DNA of 63,468 nucleotides from Bacteroidales bacterium (GCA_030596125.1 JAUVKT010000004.1:1-63468); one strand, 5' to 3'; positions 10,045-20,310 are shown, counted from the stretch's first letter. Notes: a model not told the origin generated them from the letters alone. A program made the numbers and translations.

Positions 10045-11217
10045 TTATAGTGTTTTTATTGCATTTTCTATCTTGTCGAAAGCTTCGGAAATTACTGCCA
10101 GGGGAGTTGCCAGGTTCATCCTCATAAATCCTTCACCCCCCGGGCCGAATACAGATCCTTCATTCAGACCCACTCCTGCTTTCAGGGAGAAGAATTTTCC
10201 CAGCTCTTCAGGACTGAGGTCCATTTCCCTGCAATCTAACCATATCAGATAAGTAGCTTCAGGTCTGACAGGTTTGATGAGTGGGATGGAGTTGGTGCAT
10301 CTTTGTATCACATAATCGATATTTTTTGTAAGATAAGCCAGGAGTTGATCGAGCCATTCTGCTCCATGCCTGTAAGCAGCTATAGAAGCCTCATTTCCAA
10401 AGATATTACCCTTTTCAATGTGCAGGTTAGCAATCTCTTTGTTAAACATTTCCCTCAGGTTATCGTTGGAGATTATTATCGAAGATGTGGCTAATCCTGC
10501 AAGATTAAATGATTTACTCGGCGCCATGCAGGTAACTGTTATTGCTGCCAGTTCTTTTGAAAGTGAAGCCAATGGTGTATGCGTGTTGCCGGGAAATACC
10601 AGGTCGGAATGAATTTCATCAGAGATAATTATAATATCGTTTTCGAGACAAATATCACCGATCTTTTTCAGTTCATCAGGAGTCCATACCCTTCCAACAG
10701 GATTGTGAGGGTTTGAAAGGATAAGAATTCTGGCTCCTTTTGAGGCTCTTTTTCTTAAATCTTCAAAATCAACAGACCACTGCCCGTCATCTTCTTTTAA
10801 CTGATTGTATTCGAGGATCCTTTTATGTGGTTCTACAGCAGAAAAGAATGGGAAATATACGGGAGGTTGAACAATAACACTGTCACCAGGGTTTGTGTAT
10901 GCCAGTGTTGAAATATTAAGGGCCGGTACTATACCAGGGCTAAAAAGAATCCACTCTTTCTCTATCTTCCAGTTATGCCTTTTACCAATCCAATCTATTA
11001 TGGAGTTATAATATTCGCCCCCATGGTAGGTGTATCCCAGGATCTCATGATCTAATCTTCTTTTAAGTGAATCGATGATAAACGGAGCTGTTCGGAAATC
11101 CATATCGGCAACCCACATAGGTATAAGATCTTTATTGTCAAAAATCTCCTTTCTTAAGTCGTATTTAACGCTACATGTATGGTGCCGGATGACAGGCTCA
11201 TCGAAATTGTATGTCAT
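10045..11217 (-). CDS. PLP-dependent aminotransferase class I/II, PatB/MalY-type C-S lyase (cystathionine beta-lyase-like)
   Basis: 390 aa with the PLP-lysine motif SPSKSFNLAGL and NPHNPVGRVW. Length and N-terminus are typical of the MalY/PatB family. Confidence 0.8.
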   Translation of the reverse strand: MTYNFDEPVIRHHTCSVKYDLRKEIFDNKDLIPMWVADMDFRTAPFIIDSLKRRLDHEILGYTYHGGEYYNSIIDWIGKRHNWKIEKEWILFSPGIVPALNISTLAYTNPGDSVIVQPPVYFPFFSAVEPHKRILEYNQLKEDDGQWSVDFEDLRKRASKGARILILSNPHNPVGRVWTPDELKKIGDICLENDIIIISDEIHSDLVFPGNTHTPLASLSKELAAITVTCMAPSKSFNLAGLATSSIIISNDNLREMFNKEIANLHIEKGNIFGNEASIAAYRHGAEWLDQLLAYLTKNIDYVIQRCTNSIPLIKPVRPEATYLIWLDCREMDLSPEELGKFFSLKAGVGLNEGSVFGPGGEGFMRMNLATPLAVISEAFDKIENAIKTL

Positions 11218-11427
11218 ATCCCAGAGTATAATTTCCGGGGTTCAAAGTTATACATAAAATTGTTGAATGCCAATTTGAGATGATTTTCAGGATATTCAGT
11301 TACCTTTTCAATTAATTTCATATTTTTATACCTGCTAAGTAACAAGTACAGATATATATTCAAATTGTTTTCTTACTCTTATTTGGATTATGCATATAGA
11401 TTTAATAATTATTAAATTATAGAACCA

Positions 11428-12246
11428 ATGAAAAAAGTTATCCTGCTTGTATTACCATTATTTATTATTTCAGTTACAGGAATTATATCCTGTAAGAGTA
11501 ATAAAGGAACCAACGACCAGAAAAAAATTGAATTAGAAGAGATTGAAGAGCTTACCAGGGAATTGGAAGAAGCAATTTATCCACTGCCAACCTCAGCAGA
11601 TGTTATTAAAATGCTTACCGAACTCGAAGTGGGTTATATGATAGGTATCTCCAACCCTGTTGAAAACACATCGAAATATGTTACAAGTAGTAGAAAAGCT
11701 CTCAATCTGGGGATTTATGGAGCAGATCTTAGTTATGCTACCCTCTATAATATGAATCAGGATGTGATTAATTATCTTGATGCTATCAGGGTGCTTGCCA
11801 ATGACCTCAATATGAGCAAAATATATAATAAGGCTCTTTATGATGAGATTAAAACAAACTTCGATGACAGGGACGAACTGGTTTCTATCTTAACCCTGGC
11901 ATTTAACGAGACCTATAGATATCTGAGTGAAAATGAACAGCAGTCGCAGGCACTTATGGTTGTAGCCGGAGCCTGGATTGAGAGTATGTACATTACAACA
12001 CATATCTCTGAAGCTGTTTACCATGTTGAAGGAATAGTGAGGGTTTTGCTTGAACAAAAACAATCATTTGAACTATTTTTGGCAATAGCTGAACCTCATA
12101 AAGATGACCCTGCAGTGAAAGAACTTCTTGAGACTTTTGAACCAATAAAGAAAGTTTATGAAGGTATTGATACAGGTCTTACACTAAAGAATGTGGATGA
12201 CATTACAAAAACAATTGAGAAAATCAGAGAAGAGCTGATATCTTAA
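11428..12246 (+). CDS. Hypothetical all-helical lipoprotein
   Basis: Signal peptide ending in the lipobox-like TGIISC, followed by a helical, acidic sequence with no motif I recognise. Confidence 0.6.
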   Translation: MKKVILLVLPLFIISVTGIISCKSNKGTNDQKKIELEEIEELTRELEEAIYPLPTSADVIKMLTELEVGYMIGISNPVENTSKYVTSSRKALNLGIYGADLSYATLYNMNQDVINYLDAIRVLANDLNMSKIYNKALYDEIKTNFDDRDELVSILTLAFNETYRYLSENEQQSQALMVVAGAWIESMYITTHISEAVYHVEGIVRVLLEQKQSFELFLAIAEPHKDDPAVKELLETFEPIKKVYEGIDTGLTLKNVDDITKTIEKIREELIS

Positions 12247-12264
12247 TTAATGATTTACAATAAG

Positions 12265-12297
12265 GCCGCGAATGCATTATCATGACTGCTTCGCGGC
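12265..12297 (+). terminator. Hairpin GCCGCGAA-17 nt-TTCGCGGC followed by TTTATAAT (weak intrinsic terminator or attenuating hairpin)
   Basis: 8-bp GC-rich stem read directly. It lies between the lipoprotein stop (12246) and the next start (12314). Confidence 0.4.
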
Positions 12298-12313
12298 TTT
12301 ATAATATACTGTT

Positions 12314-15300
12314 ATGAGGGAACCTGTTCTTTTAGCCTTAATACATATTTTCGCCATTCTTTCAAATATGAATCCCGGGGGGATTACACCCAGGGGGAGG
12401 AGAATCCTTAAGGGCTATCTAAGACGTTACCTTAATCCTGAACTTGAAGAGGAATATTTCAAACTTTTCGGGGAGACACTCGAGTTTTACTCACGTGAAT
12501 TATCCAGTATTGGGTCGGACGAACTGACTGGCAAGAGTTCAATTATTAGTTTTCAGATTACAAATATATGCCGCCAGATCAGGAAAGGCCTTTTTCTGAA
12601 TGAAAGAATGATTGTTTTTATGCAGTTGCTTGAATTCGTTTACGAAGATGAAGAACTTTCAAAGCAGGAGAAGAAAATAATTGACATCGTTGCGAGTACA
12701 TTCAATATCTCAGAAAGGGAATATAAGAATTCATTTGCGTTTATGTTTGGCAAGCATCTCGATGATGTGTCACCAGAAAGCTTGATGCTTATTGAGAGCT
12801 CTGAGAGGGAGGAAACCGATTCCGGACAATACAAAAACAGGGATATATGGCATATTTTAAATATTGAAGGGCTGATAGGGAGTATTTATGTTCTTCATGT
12901 TGAAAGCATCAATGCATTAGTATTCAGCTATAAAGGATCGCAGGCACTGTATTTCAGAGGTCGGACTATAGTTCCGGGAAGGCCCTATCTTCTTGATCCG
13001 GGTGTTAGCATAAAGGGCAGGGCTATCAGCCCTATTTATTATTCAGGCATTATCCGGGTATTTTTCCGTAATAATTACAGCGAAAGACTGATTTTTGAGG
13101 GCCATGGTATAGAGTATACTTTTAAGAATTCCGATAAAGGAGTTAAAGAGATGAATTTCAGGGCAGATTCGGGAAATCTTATTGGCATTATGGGGGGTAG
13201 CGGTGTTGGTAAATCCACCCTTTTGGATTTAATGAACGGGAAACTGATCCCTGATAAAGGTGAGATTTTTCTGAATGGCTATAATATTCATACAGAACCG
13301 GAACAAATAAAGGGTTTGATAGGTTATGTGCCTCAGGATGATCTGCTTTTGGAAGAACTTACAGTTTATCAGAACCTTTACTATAATGCGAAGTTATGTT
13401 TTGGTAACTGTTCCGACGACGAGATCAGGGTTCTTGTCAGCAAAGTGTTGGATGACCTTGAGTTGGATGATATCAGTGACCTGACCGTTGGTGACCCTCT
13501 AAATAAAAAGATTAGTGGCGGACAGAGAAAAAGGCTCAATATAGGACTTGAGCTTATTAGAGAACCGCCGATAATGTTTGTTGATGAACCGACGTCCGGG
13601 CTTTCATCGCACGATTCAAGAAAGGTTATGGAACTTCTCAAGAATCAGACAAAAAAGGGGAGACTCGTTTTCGGGATTATACATCAGCCCTCATCTGATA
13701 TTTTGAAGATGTTTGATCGCTTGTGGATACTCGATCAGGGAGGATACCTGGTTTATGATGGCGATCCTGTTGATTCGCTTGTTTATTTCAAGACGGAGAC
13801 ATCAGTAGCTAATGCTGCTGAAAGTGAATGTCCCTCTTGCGGAAATGTCAGAACGGATGATATTTTACATCTAATAGCAACCAGGGAAGTTGCGGAGGAC
13901 GGCTCAGAAGGCACCCGCAGACAGGTGGAGCCGCTAGACTGGTATGAACGATATTCGAAAAGCATGAAGCCTGTTGTATCAAAACCGGCAAAAACAGAGC
14001 TTCCTGTAAGCAATTTTTTGGTACCTGAAAGATTATCCCAGTTAAAGACTTTTTTTATAAGAAATGTGCTTCGTAAGATTTCCGATAAACAATATCTGAT
14101 TATTAATCTGATTGAATCACCCCTTCTTGCTTTTATCCTCGCCTACCTTACCAAATACTCTCCTAATGGTGAATATATTTTTGCCGATAATAAAAACCTG
14201 CCGGTGTTCCTGTTTATGGCGATAGTGGTGGCACTTTTTTTTGGGCTTACTGTTAGTGCCGAAGAGATATTCAAGGACAGAACAATACTTGAGAGACAGA
14301 AGTACCTGGATATAAGCCGGATTAGCTACCTTGGCTCAAAGATCCTGTTTCTGTTGGCGCTTTCTGCAATTCAGACACTCCTGTTTGTAGTTGTTTCCAA
14401 CTTTATACTCGAGATAAATGGCATGGTATTCAGATACTGGCTTATACTGTTTTCTGTTGCTCTGTTCGGGAATATGCTTGGACTTAATATCTCAGCCGGA
14501 ATGAAATCGATTATAAGTATATATATTCTTATTCCGCTGATTCTTGTGCCCCAGTTACTCCTTGGTGGTGCGATGATCAATTTTGACGACCTGCACCGAT
14601 CTATGACCAAAAAGATGTTTGTTCCTGTAGTAGGGGATATAATGACAATAAGGTGGGCATATGAAGCAATAACCGTTGAACAATTCAGGAATAACCATTA
14701 TCAGAAACTGTTTTTTGATTATGATATGGCAATAAGTCAGAACGACTGGTATGCCTCATTTCTGATACCACTACTTAACCGTAAGGTACGTGAGAGTGAG
14801 CTGGCAATAAGCAAAGAAGAGTATCGGGACCATTCTGAAAATAACCTGGAAAAACTCAGAAAATATATCGGGATTTTGTCTGACAAGGCTGAGATCGATA
14901 ATAATGGGCTAATAGAATCACTATATTTTGAAGAATATGATTCATTTGCAGCGGCAAGAACACTGGAGGGGCTCGATTCCCTTAAAACATACTTCAGACA
15001 CAAATCCCTGAGATTTGTTGGTATTAAAGATACCCTGATGATACAGATAGAATCAGAATTCGGAAGAGATTATATTATAAGGTTAAAACAGGAAAACAAG
15101 AATAAATATCTTTCAGATATTTTGCTTAACCGAACAGGTTTGGAGAAAATTTATGAAAACAGTACCGGAATTCATCAGAAGGCTGATCCTGTTTTTATGG
15201 AACCGGAATCATCTGCCGGCAGGTCGCATTTCTATGCTCCCTATAAAATGGTTGGCAAGTTTAAGATAAATACTTTCCTGTTTAATCTCTCAGTAATATG

Positions 15301-15400
15301 GATAATGACCATTCTATTGTTTATTACACTTTACTGCAATACTCTTAAATGGATTCTTGATTTCTTTGAGTCTCTGTCAATAACCTTTAAAAGGGAATGA
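12314..15400 (+). CDS. ABC transporter, fused ATP-binding and permease protein (NBD-then-TMD, ABCG/White-like) with a ~290-aa extra N-terminal region
   Basis: Walker A GGSGVGKST (aa ~294), signature ISGGQRKRLNIG, Walker B IMFVDEPTSG, then an ABC-2-type membrane domain with about 6 TM helices. Confidence 0.85.
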   Translation: MREPVLLALIHIFAILSNMNPGGITPRGRRILKGYLRRYLNPELEEEYFKLFGETLEFYSRELSSIGSDELTGKSSIISFQITNICRQIRKGLFLNERMIVFMQLLEFVYEDEELSKQEKKIIDIVASTFNISEREYKNSFAFMFGKHLDDVSPESLMLIESSEREETDSGQYKNRDIWHILNIEGLIGSIYVLHVESINALVFSYKGSQALYFRGRTIVPGRPYLLDPGVSIKGRAISPIYYSGIIRVFFRNNYSERLIFEGHGIEYTFKNSDKGVKEMNFRADSGNLIGIMGGSGVGKSTLLDLMNGKLIPDKGEIFLNGYNIHTEPEQIKGLIGYVPQDDLLLEELTVYQNLYYNAKLCFGNCSDDEIRVLVSKVLDDLELDDISDLTVGDPLNKKISGGQRKRLNIGLELIREPPIMFVDEPTSGLSSHDSRKVMELLKNQTKKGRLVFGIIHQPSSDILKMFDRLWILDQGGYLVYDGDPVDSLVYFKTETSVANAAESECPSCGNVRTDDILHLIATREVAEDGSEGTRRQVEPLDWYERYSKSMKPVVSKPAKTELPVSNFLVPERLSQLKTFFIRNVLRKISDKQYLIINLIESPLLAFILAYLTKYSPNGEYIFADNKNLPVFLFMAIVVALFFGLTVSAEEIFKDRTILERQKYLDISRISYLGSKILFLLALSAIQTLLFVVVSNFILEINGMVFRYWLILFSVALFGNMLGLNISAGMKSIISIYILIPLILVPQLLLGGAMINFDDLHRSMTKKMFVPVVGDIMTIRWAYEAITVEQFRNNHYQKLFFDYDMAISQNDWYASFLIPLLNRKVRESELAISKEEYRDHSENNLEKLRKYIGILSDKAEIDNNGLIESLYFEEYDSFAAARTLEGLDSLKTYFRHKSLRFVGIKDTLMIQIESEFGRDYIIRLKQENKNKYLSDILLNRTGLEKIYENSTGIHQKADPVFMEPESSAGRSHFYAPYKMVGKFKINTFLFNLSVIWIMTILLFITLYCNTLKWILDFFESLSITFKRE

Positions 15401-15414
15401 CTATTCCTGAATAA

Positions 15415-15491
15415 GTCGTACCCCAACCCGGTCGTACCCCGACCCGTCAAGCAAAGCCGGACAGGCTCCAGTTCGGGTTACGACTGATGCT
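15415..15491. repeat. GC-rich REP-like hairpin element, copy A
   Basis: Two forward arms, GTCGTACCCCAA (15415-15426) and GTCGTACCCCGA (15431-15442), a loop, the reverse arm TCGGGTTACGAC (15473-15484) and then TGATGCT. 50 of 53 nt are identical to copy C at 30247-30299. Confidence 0.8.
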
Positions 15492-15524
15492 TTACCGGTT
15501 GTTTATGCCTGAATAGCGTTGAGG

Positions 15525-18500
15525 TCAAACCTTAAAGCCTAAAACAACAATATCATCAAGTTGTTCGTGTTCTCCCCGCCATTCAGTAATGGTTCTATTG
15601 AGAATATCCTTCTGGGTTATCATATTTTCATCCTGTATATCAACCAATAATTGTTTAAATTTTTCACTCTTGAATTTTTTTCCTTCCGGGCCTCCAAACT
15701 GGTCGGCAAAACCATCGGAAAATATATAGAGAGAATCACCTGTCTCAATTGGGATATTATGTTTTGTAAATTCATCCATTTTTATATGAATAGCAACCGG
15801 CATTCGATTTCCTCTGGTTGATAAAAGCTCTTTATTCCTTATGAGGTAGAGCGGATTATTTGCTCCTGCAAATGATAAGTGTTTCAGTTTTTTATTATAA
15901 GAGCAAATAGCCATATCCATCCCGTCCTTTGATTCAGTTTCCAGACCTCTTTGTCTGAGAGCAGTAACAATATTTTCCCTTAAGGTATTCAAAATTTTCT
16001 CGGGAGAGGTAATATTATCTTTTTCAACTATCTCATTTAAGAAAGATATACCAAGCATACTCATAAAAGCACCCGGAACGCCATGACCTGTACAATCTGC
16101 AGCTACAATGACAAGTGATTCGTTTTTTTCTTTCATCCAGTAAAAATCTCCGCTAACAATATCTTTTGGCAGGTAAAGCACAAATGAATCTTTCAGATTA
16201 TCCTTAATCACTTTTAAAGATGGCAATATTGCATCCTGAATTCGCTTTGCATACCTGATACTATCTGTAATATCAATATTTTTCTGTTCAATGACATCTT
16301 TTTGATCCTCGATCTCAGTTTTTTGTTTTTGTATCTCAGCAGTTCGTTCATCTACTTTTTGTTCCAGTATTCGTTTTTCACGAATCAACTGTTTTTCACG
16401 ATACTTGATATAGACAAAAATGCCAAAAAATGCCAAGACAATCATAATAGAAATAAACCACCATGTTTGATAGAATGGGGGCTTAATGGTAAAATTAAAT
16501 ACAAAAGGTTTTTCACTCCAAATTCCGTTTTCATTTTCAGACATAACCATAAATGAATAATCACCCGGACTGATTCCTGAATAGGTTTGTTCCGGTAGCT
16601 GCCTGGATGGAGACCAGTCTTTATCAACCGGGTCAAGCTTATATTTATATCTGACATTTTCAGGATTGCTAAGGGATATCCCTGTCCACTTAAATGTCAG
16701 ATGGTTTTCACTATGCGGTAATCTGAGTGAGCGAGGCAACAAAGTCCATGAATACAAACTATCGGTATATTCAGCCCAGTCAACTTTTTTAAACAGGAGA
16801 TTCAGTTCAGTTAAATGATTTATAGGTGGTTTGGTGTTTATTTTCTCCAGTTCAGGTTTATAACATGTAACTCCCTTAACTGTTCCAAACCATATATTCC
16901 CTTTGTTATCTTTAAAAATCGAATTCAGATTATTCTCCATTCCGATAAAGCCGCTTGATTTATAATAATTTTTTGCACTTATTATCTCGCCCTGTTTATC
17001 AAGAACAAGTTTATCAAATCCAATATTGGTTCCAACAATTAGCACACTATCGTTTTGGAATACAAGAGATACAATATTTGTGGATCTGAGTATGGTATTG
17101 TCTGCAATTAATTTAATCGGTTGTTCTTTCTGCGAACCTGTTTCATATTTAAAAAGTCCGCCACCATTTGTTCCGATCCATATATTCCCCTGTGTATCTT
17201 CCGCAAGTGCATAAATTTCTTTATAATACAATCCCTCTTTCTCATCGAAGGTTGTCATCGCATTATCTTCAAACGTAAACTTAGCTAAACCTGCAAGAGT
17301 GCCAACCCAGATATTTCCTGTCTTATCTTCTATAATAGTTTGGACTTCATTATGTGGCAGCTCATAATTATCTTCGTTAATAGTAAAAAATCCCTTACCG
17401 TTTAACAGGCTTATTCCTTCTTTAGTGCCACTCCAGACTTGTCCTCTGGAGTCAACCATGATACAGTTTACATAGTTATTTGCCAGATGACTATCTTCGT
17501 TATAATTAATAAATCTTCCCCCTTCAAACCGGGCAATACCATTCTCTTTTGTTGCCAGCCATATTTTATTGTCTGCTGTAATATATATTGAATTAATATA
17601 GTTATCAGGCAGTCCATTGTTAACGGTATATGATCTGGAAAAAGGCTTGCCGTTAATAAAAGATAGTTTTATTAATCCCCTGCCATGTGAAGCCAGCCAG
17701 TAATTACCATCTGTATCCTGATCAATATCATATATTTGACAGTTTGTAAGCCCCTGTTCCTCAGTGTAATGACAAAAATGCTCTCCCATTAACCGGCATA
17801 TACCACTACTAAATGTACCTGTCCAGATATTTCCTTCAAGATCCTGATAAAGACATAATACCTGTTCATCAGGGAAGCCCTGTTCAATGGAATAATTCCT
17901 GAATTGATCCTGATCATATTTTACAACTCCTGCTTTATCTGTACCAAACCAAAGATCTCCTTCGTTATCCAAAAGAATATCCCATACAGTGTTATCGGGA
18001 AATCCGCTGTGTATATTAAAAGTTTGTATTTTCCCGAGACTTGAATCGGTAAAATCTTCAATTTTGAATACTCCTTCATCACCTGTACCAAACCAAAGAT
18101 CTCCTTCGCTGTCTTCTTCTATACATAGGATAATATCACTTGGAATAGTTCCGTGAAATAATTTATCTACCTGTAACCCTGTACTATCTGAAAAAGTTAA
18201 AACATTTATTCCTCCGCCATAAAATGCCAACCATAATCGTTCATACCTGTCTTCATAAATATCAAATATTAAATGGTAACTTAAACCATCTAAATATGAA
18301 TAAGTTTTAATATTAACCGAATCATAACTGTTTACAAATACGATTTTATTTAAACCTTCATCTGTGCCTGCCCATATATTGTTATGCCTGTCTTCATAGA
18401 TCTTCAGGACCTGGGTTCCGTATAACCCATCATATTCGTTGATTGTACGGAAAAGATGCCCATCATAAAAACTAATTCCATTATCTGTTCCGAACCATAA

Positions 18501-18599
18501 ATTTCCATTACTATCCTCCATGATTGTTCTTATGGTATTATCTGCCAGACCTTTTTCATTATTAAAATTAACAAAATTGTATCCGTCAAACCGACTCAC
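15525..18599 (-). CDS. Sensor protein: two-component-regulator propeller repeats plus Y_Y_Y-type domain, one TM helix, coiled coil and a C-terminal PP2C/SpoIIE serine phosphatase (main part, downstream of an in-frame TAG)
   Basis: Many repeats of the type NIWFGTxxGlxxyD. TM helix WWFISIMIVLAFFGIFVYI. The C-terminus has PP2C motifs (VAADCTGHGVPGA, DGMDMAICS, FSDGFADQFGG). Confidence 0.85.
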   Translation of the reverse strand: MSRFDGYNFVNFNNEKGLADNTIRTIMEDSNGNLWFGTDNGISFYDGHLFRTINEYDGLYGTQVLKIYEDRHNNIWAGTDEGLNKIVFVNSYDSVNIKTYSYLDGLSYHLIFDIYEDRYERLWLAFYGGGINVLTFSDSTGLQVDKLFHGTIPSDIILCIEEDSEGDLWFGTGDEGVFKIEDFTDSSLGKIQTFNIHSGFPDNTVWDILLDNEGDLWFGTDKAGVVKYDQDQFRNYSIEQGFPDEQVLCLYQDLEGNIWTGTFSSGICRLMGEHFCHYTEEQGLTNCQIYDIDQDTDGNYWLASHGRGLIKLSFINGKPFSRSYTVNNGLPDNYINSIYITADNKIWLATKENGIARFEGGRFINYNEDSHLANNYVNCIMVDSRGQVWSGTKEGISLLNGKGFFTINEDNYELPHNEVQTIIEDKTGNIWVGTLAGLAKFTFEDNAMTTFDEKEGLYYKEIYALAEDTQGNIWIGTNGGGLFKYETGSQKEQPIKLIADNTILRSTNIVSLVFQNDSVLIVGTNIGFDKLVLDKQGEIISAKNYYKSSGFIGMENNLNSIFKDNKGNIWFGTVKGVTCYKPELEKINTKPPINHLTELNLLFKKVDWAEYTDSLYSWTLLPRSLRLPHSENHLTFKWTGISLSNPENVRYKYKLDPVDKDWSPSRQLPEQTYSGISPGDYSFMVMSENENGIWSEKPFVFNFTIKPPFYQTWWFISIMIVLAFFGIFVYIKYREKQLIREKRILEQKVDERTAEIQKQKTEIEDQKDVIEQKNIDITDSIRYAKRIQDAILPSLKVIKDNLKDSFVLYLPKDIVSGDFYWMKEKNESLVIVAADCTGHGVPGAFMSMLGISFLNEIVEKDNITSPEKILNTLRENIVTALRQRGLETESKDGMDMAICSYNKKLKHLSFAGANNPLYLIRNKELLSTRGNRMPVAIHIKMDEFTKHNIPIETGDSLYIFSDGFADQFGGPEGKKFKSEKFKQLLVDIQDENMITQKDILNRTITEWRGEHEQLDDIVVLGFKV

Positions 18600-18608
18600 T
18601 CCTCCACC

Positions 18609-18803
18609 CTAAGTACCAAGCCACAGATAACCCCTTGAATCCTGCATCATTGTTAATACGGTGGAAACCGGCATACCATCTTCAATTGAATAGTACTTAA
18701 AATTATTTATCTGTGAAGAAATTTCAGAGGAATAAAAGAGTACAATGGACATTAAAATAAATAATGCTCTTTTTATGCGGTTCCATATGACCATTGAAAA
18801 CAT
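18609..18803 (-). pseudogene. N-terminal fragment (signal/TM plus first propeller blade) of the same sensor gene, cut off by an in-frame TAG at 18611-18609
   Basis: The minus strand reads ..YLWLGT TAG GGGVSRFDGY.. in one frame. The flanks together form one canonical WxGTxxGGvxxFDG blade motif. ATG at 18803 (MFSMVIWNRIKRALFILMSIVLF) is the likely start. The track's TTG start at 18839 lies inside a terminator hairpin. Confidence 0.6.
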
Positions 18804-18825
18804 ATTATAAAAATATGAATATAGA

Positions 18826-18863
18826 ATAAAAAATCCCAAAACTTTGCAGTTTTGAGATTTTTT
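18826..18863 (-). terminator. Intrinsic terminator after the caspase-like gene (A-run, hairpin ATCCCAAAACT-TTGC-AGTTTTGAGAT, T-run); looks bidirectional
   Basis: 10/11-bp stem flanked by an A-run and a T-run, starting 21 nt after the stop at 18884. Confidence 0.6.
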
Positions 18864-18883
18864 ATTTGTCTCAGTTTACTATA

Positions 18884-20215
18884 CTAAAAGTCTTTTCTGA
18901 TAAATAGAAACTGTCCTCCTTCGTCACCAGTATTTTTTATTGGTTGTAAAATTGGTGATTGAGTTGAATTGTTAACTACCGGAATACGTATATCGGTATA
19001 AAGGGAGAAAGCATCAAAGAATCTTTTATTGTTATTGTTCAAACTTTTTAGAAGATAATAAGCGAAAACCGAATGTCCGTCTCTTCCACCATCCATCACA
19101 GGTTCAATACCTCCTGATGTTATAGCCTGACGGGAAAGCTTGGCATGTACATCACGGTAATATCGTTCAGTATCCTGGAAAGGAATTGAAATTGTTTTCC
19201 CCCTGAAGATATCTCCGCTGAAACAGGCATCAGAAATAAGGAGGGTATGCTTTGACTTTATTGATGAAAGGAATGTTTGCAGGTCATTGTTTGAAACATA
19301 TTGATATGTTGATTCCTCAGTAGCATCTGCCGGGACCCAATATCCTTTATTATAATCACTCTTAAACTCCCCGTGTCCCGAATAATAAATAAACACATTA
19401 TCCTCTTCCTTAACATTACGTACTAACCATTCGAGTTCTCTTATTATATTTTCACGTGTTGCAAGCCTGTTATAGAGTGTCCGGAAGTGGTCAAATTTAT
19501 ATTTCGATTCCAGCATTTCCTTGATGGCTTTAGCATCGCCTACTGCATTACGAAGCGGGGTCCATGTTCCGCTATAATCATCAATCCCAATGATCAGGGC
19601 AAAATAATCGCCAACTATCATCTCCGGTCTCTCTCTCGAAACATTGAGACCTTTCAACGGGTCACCAACTCCCCTGTAAGCTGTTTCCGGAACAACCTCT
19701 TGCTTTATTCCCTCAACTACAGTAACTTCAGGTGTGTATTTCTGTGTCTCAATTCTCATTGCAAGTGGGTGTGCATCTAAACCATTCTTCTCCAGAATTT
19801 CAATATTAAAAAGAACTGAACCGGTTTGAATATCCTTGCTGGCAAGAATAGGGATAGCAACATCCCTGGATTCATTGGGTTTAATATCCCCGATATAAAC
19901 AATCTCATCGTATGTCAACCCTTTTGTTTCAGGGTTGGTAAGCGATAATTTAACCTGTACACCGCTTGCTAATCCTTCTCCTGAATTAACAATTTTGAAT
20001 GTAATCTCACTGGTCTCGTAAGCATCAATGATCTTATTACTATTTTTATCAGAAAATGCTTGTTCTTTAATCTCCAGGATTGGTAATAATATTTTTTCCT
20101 CTTCCTGTTCGGTGAAAAGCTTTTTCACTTTACTTTTACCGGTGATAACCTTTTCCTGACCGTATGAGTAACCTGCCAGGAGAATAAGCACAATGATCAA
20201 AATTTTTGTTTTCAT
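18884..20215 (-). CDS. Secreted caspase-family (peptidase C14) protein with an N-terminal beta-sandwich (CARDB-like) domain
   Basis: Signal peptide MKTKILIIVLILLAGYSYG. Catalytic dyad contexts IYYSGHGEF (His) and LLISDACFSG (Cys). Confidence 0.85.
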   Translation of the reverse strand: MKTKILIIVLILLAGYSYGQEKVITGKSKVKKLFTEQEEEKILLPILEIKEQAFSDKNSNKIIDAYETSEITFKIVNSGEGLASGVQVKLSLTNPETKGLTYDEIVYIGDIKPNESRDVAIPILASKDIQTGSVLFNIEILEKNGLDAHPLAMRIETQKYTPEVTVVEGIKQEVVPETAYRGVGDPLKGLNVSRERPEMIVGDYFALIIGIDDYSGTWTPLRNAVGDAKAIKEMLESKYKFDHFRTLYNRLATRENIIRELEWLVRNVKEEDNVFIYYSGHGEFKSDYNKGYWVPADATEESTYQYVSNNDLQTFLSSIKSKHTLLISDACFSGDIFRGKTISIPFQDTERYYRDVHAKLSRQAITSGGIEPVMDGGRDGHSVFAYYLLKSLNNNNKRFFDAFSLYTDIRIPVVNNSTQSPILQPIKNTGDEGGQFLFIRKDF

Positions 20216-20270
20216 GGCTTAAAGTTTTATATCAAGTCAGTACCTGTATGTTTAATCTCATTTATATTCT

Positions 20271-20310
20271 TGCCCGCCCGGATGACTCCGGTCGGACGGA
20301 CCGACTGATT
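20271..20310. repeat. Degenerate member of the GC-rich hairpin family, copy E
   Basis: GACTCCGGTCGGACGGACCGACTGAT compares with GACTCCAGTTCGGGTTACGACTGAT/TAA of copies A, B and C. It contains a CGGTC/GACCG hairpin and lies between two co-directional genes. Confidence 0.4.

Noticed and set aside
18609-18611. The in-frame TAG as evidence of stop-codon reassignment or programmed read-through
   Set aside because: TAG terminates several well-defined genes in the same window (mreD at 38116-38118, rodA at 41370-41372, the giant gene at 30215-30217). A nonsense mutation or sequencing error is more parsimonious.
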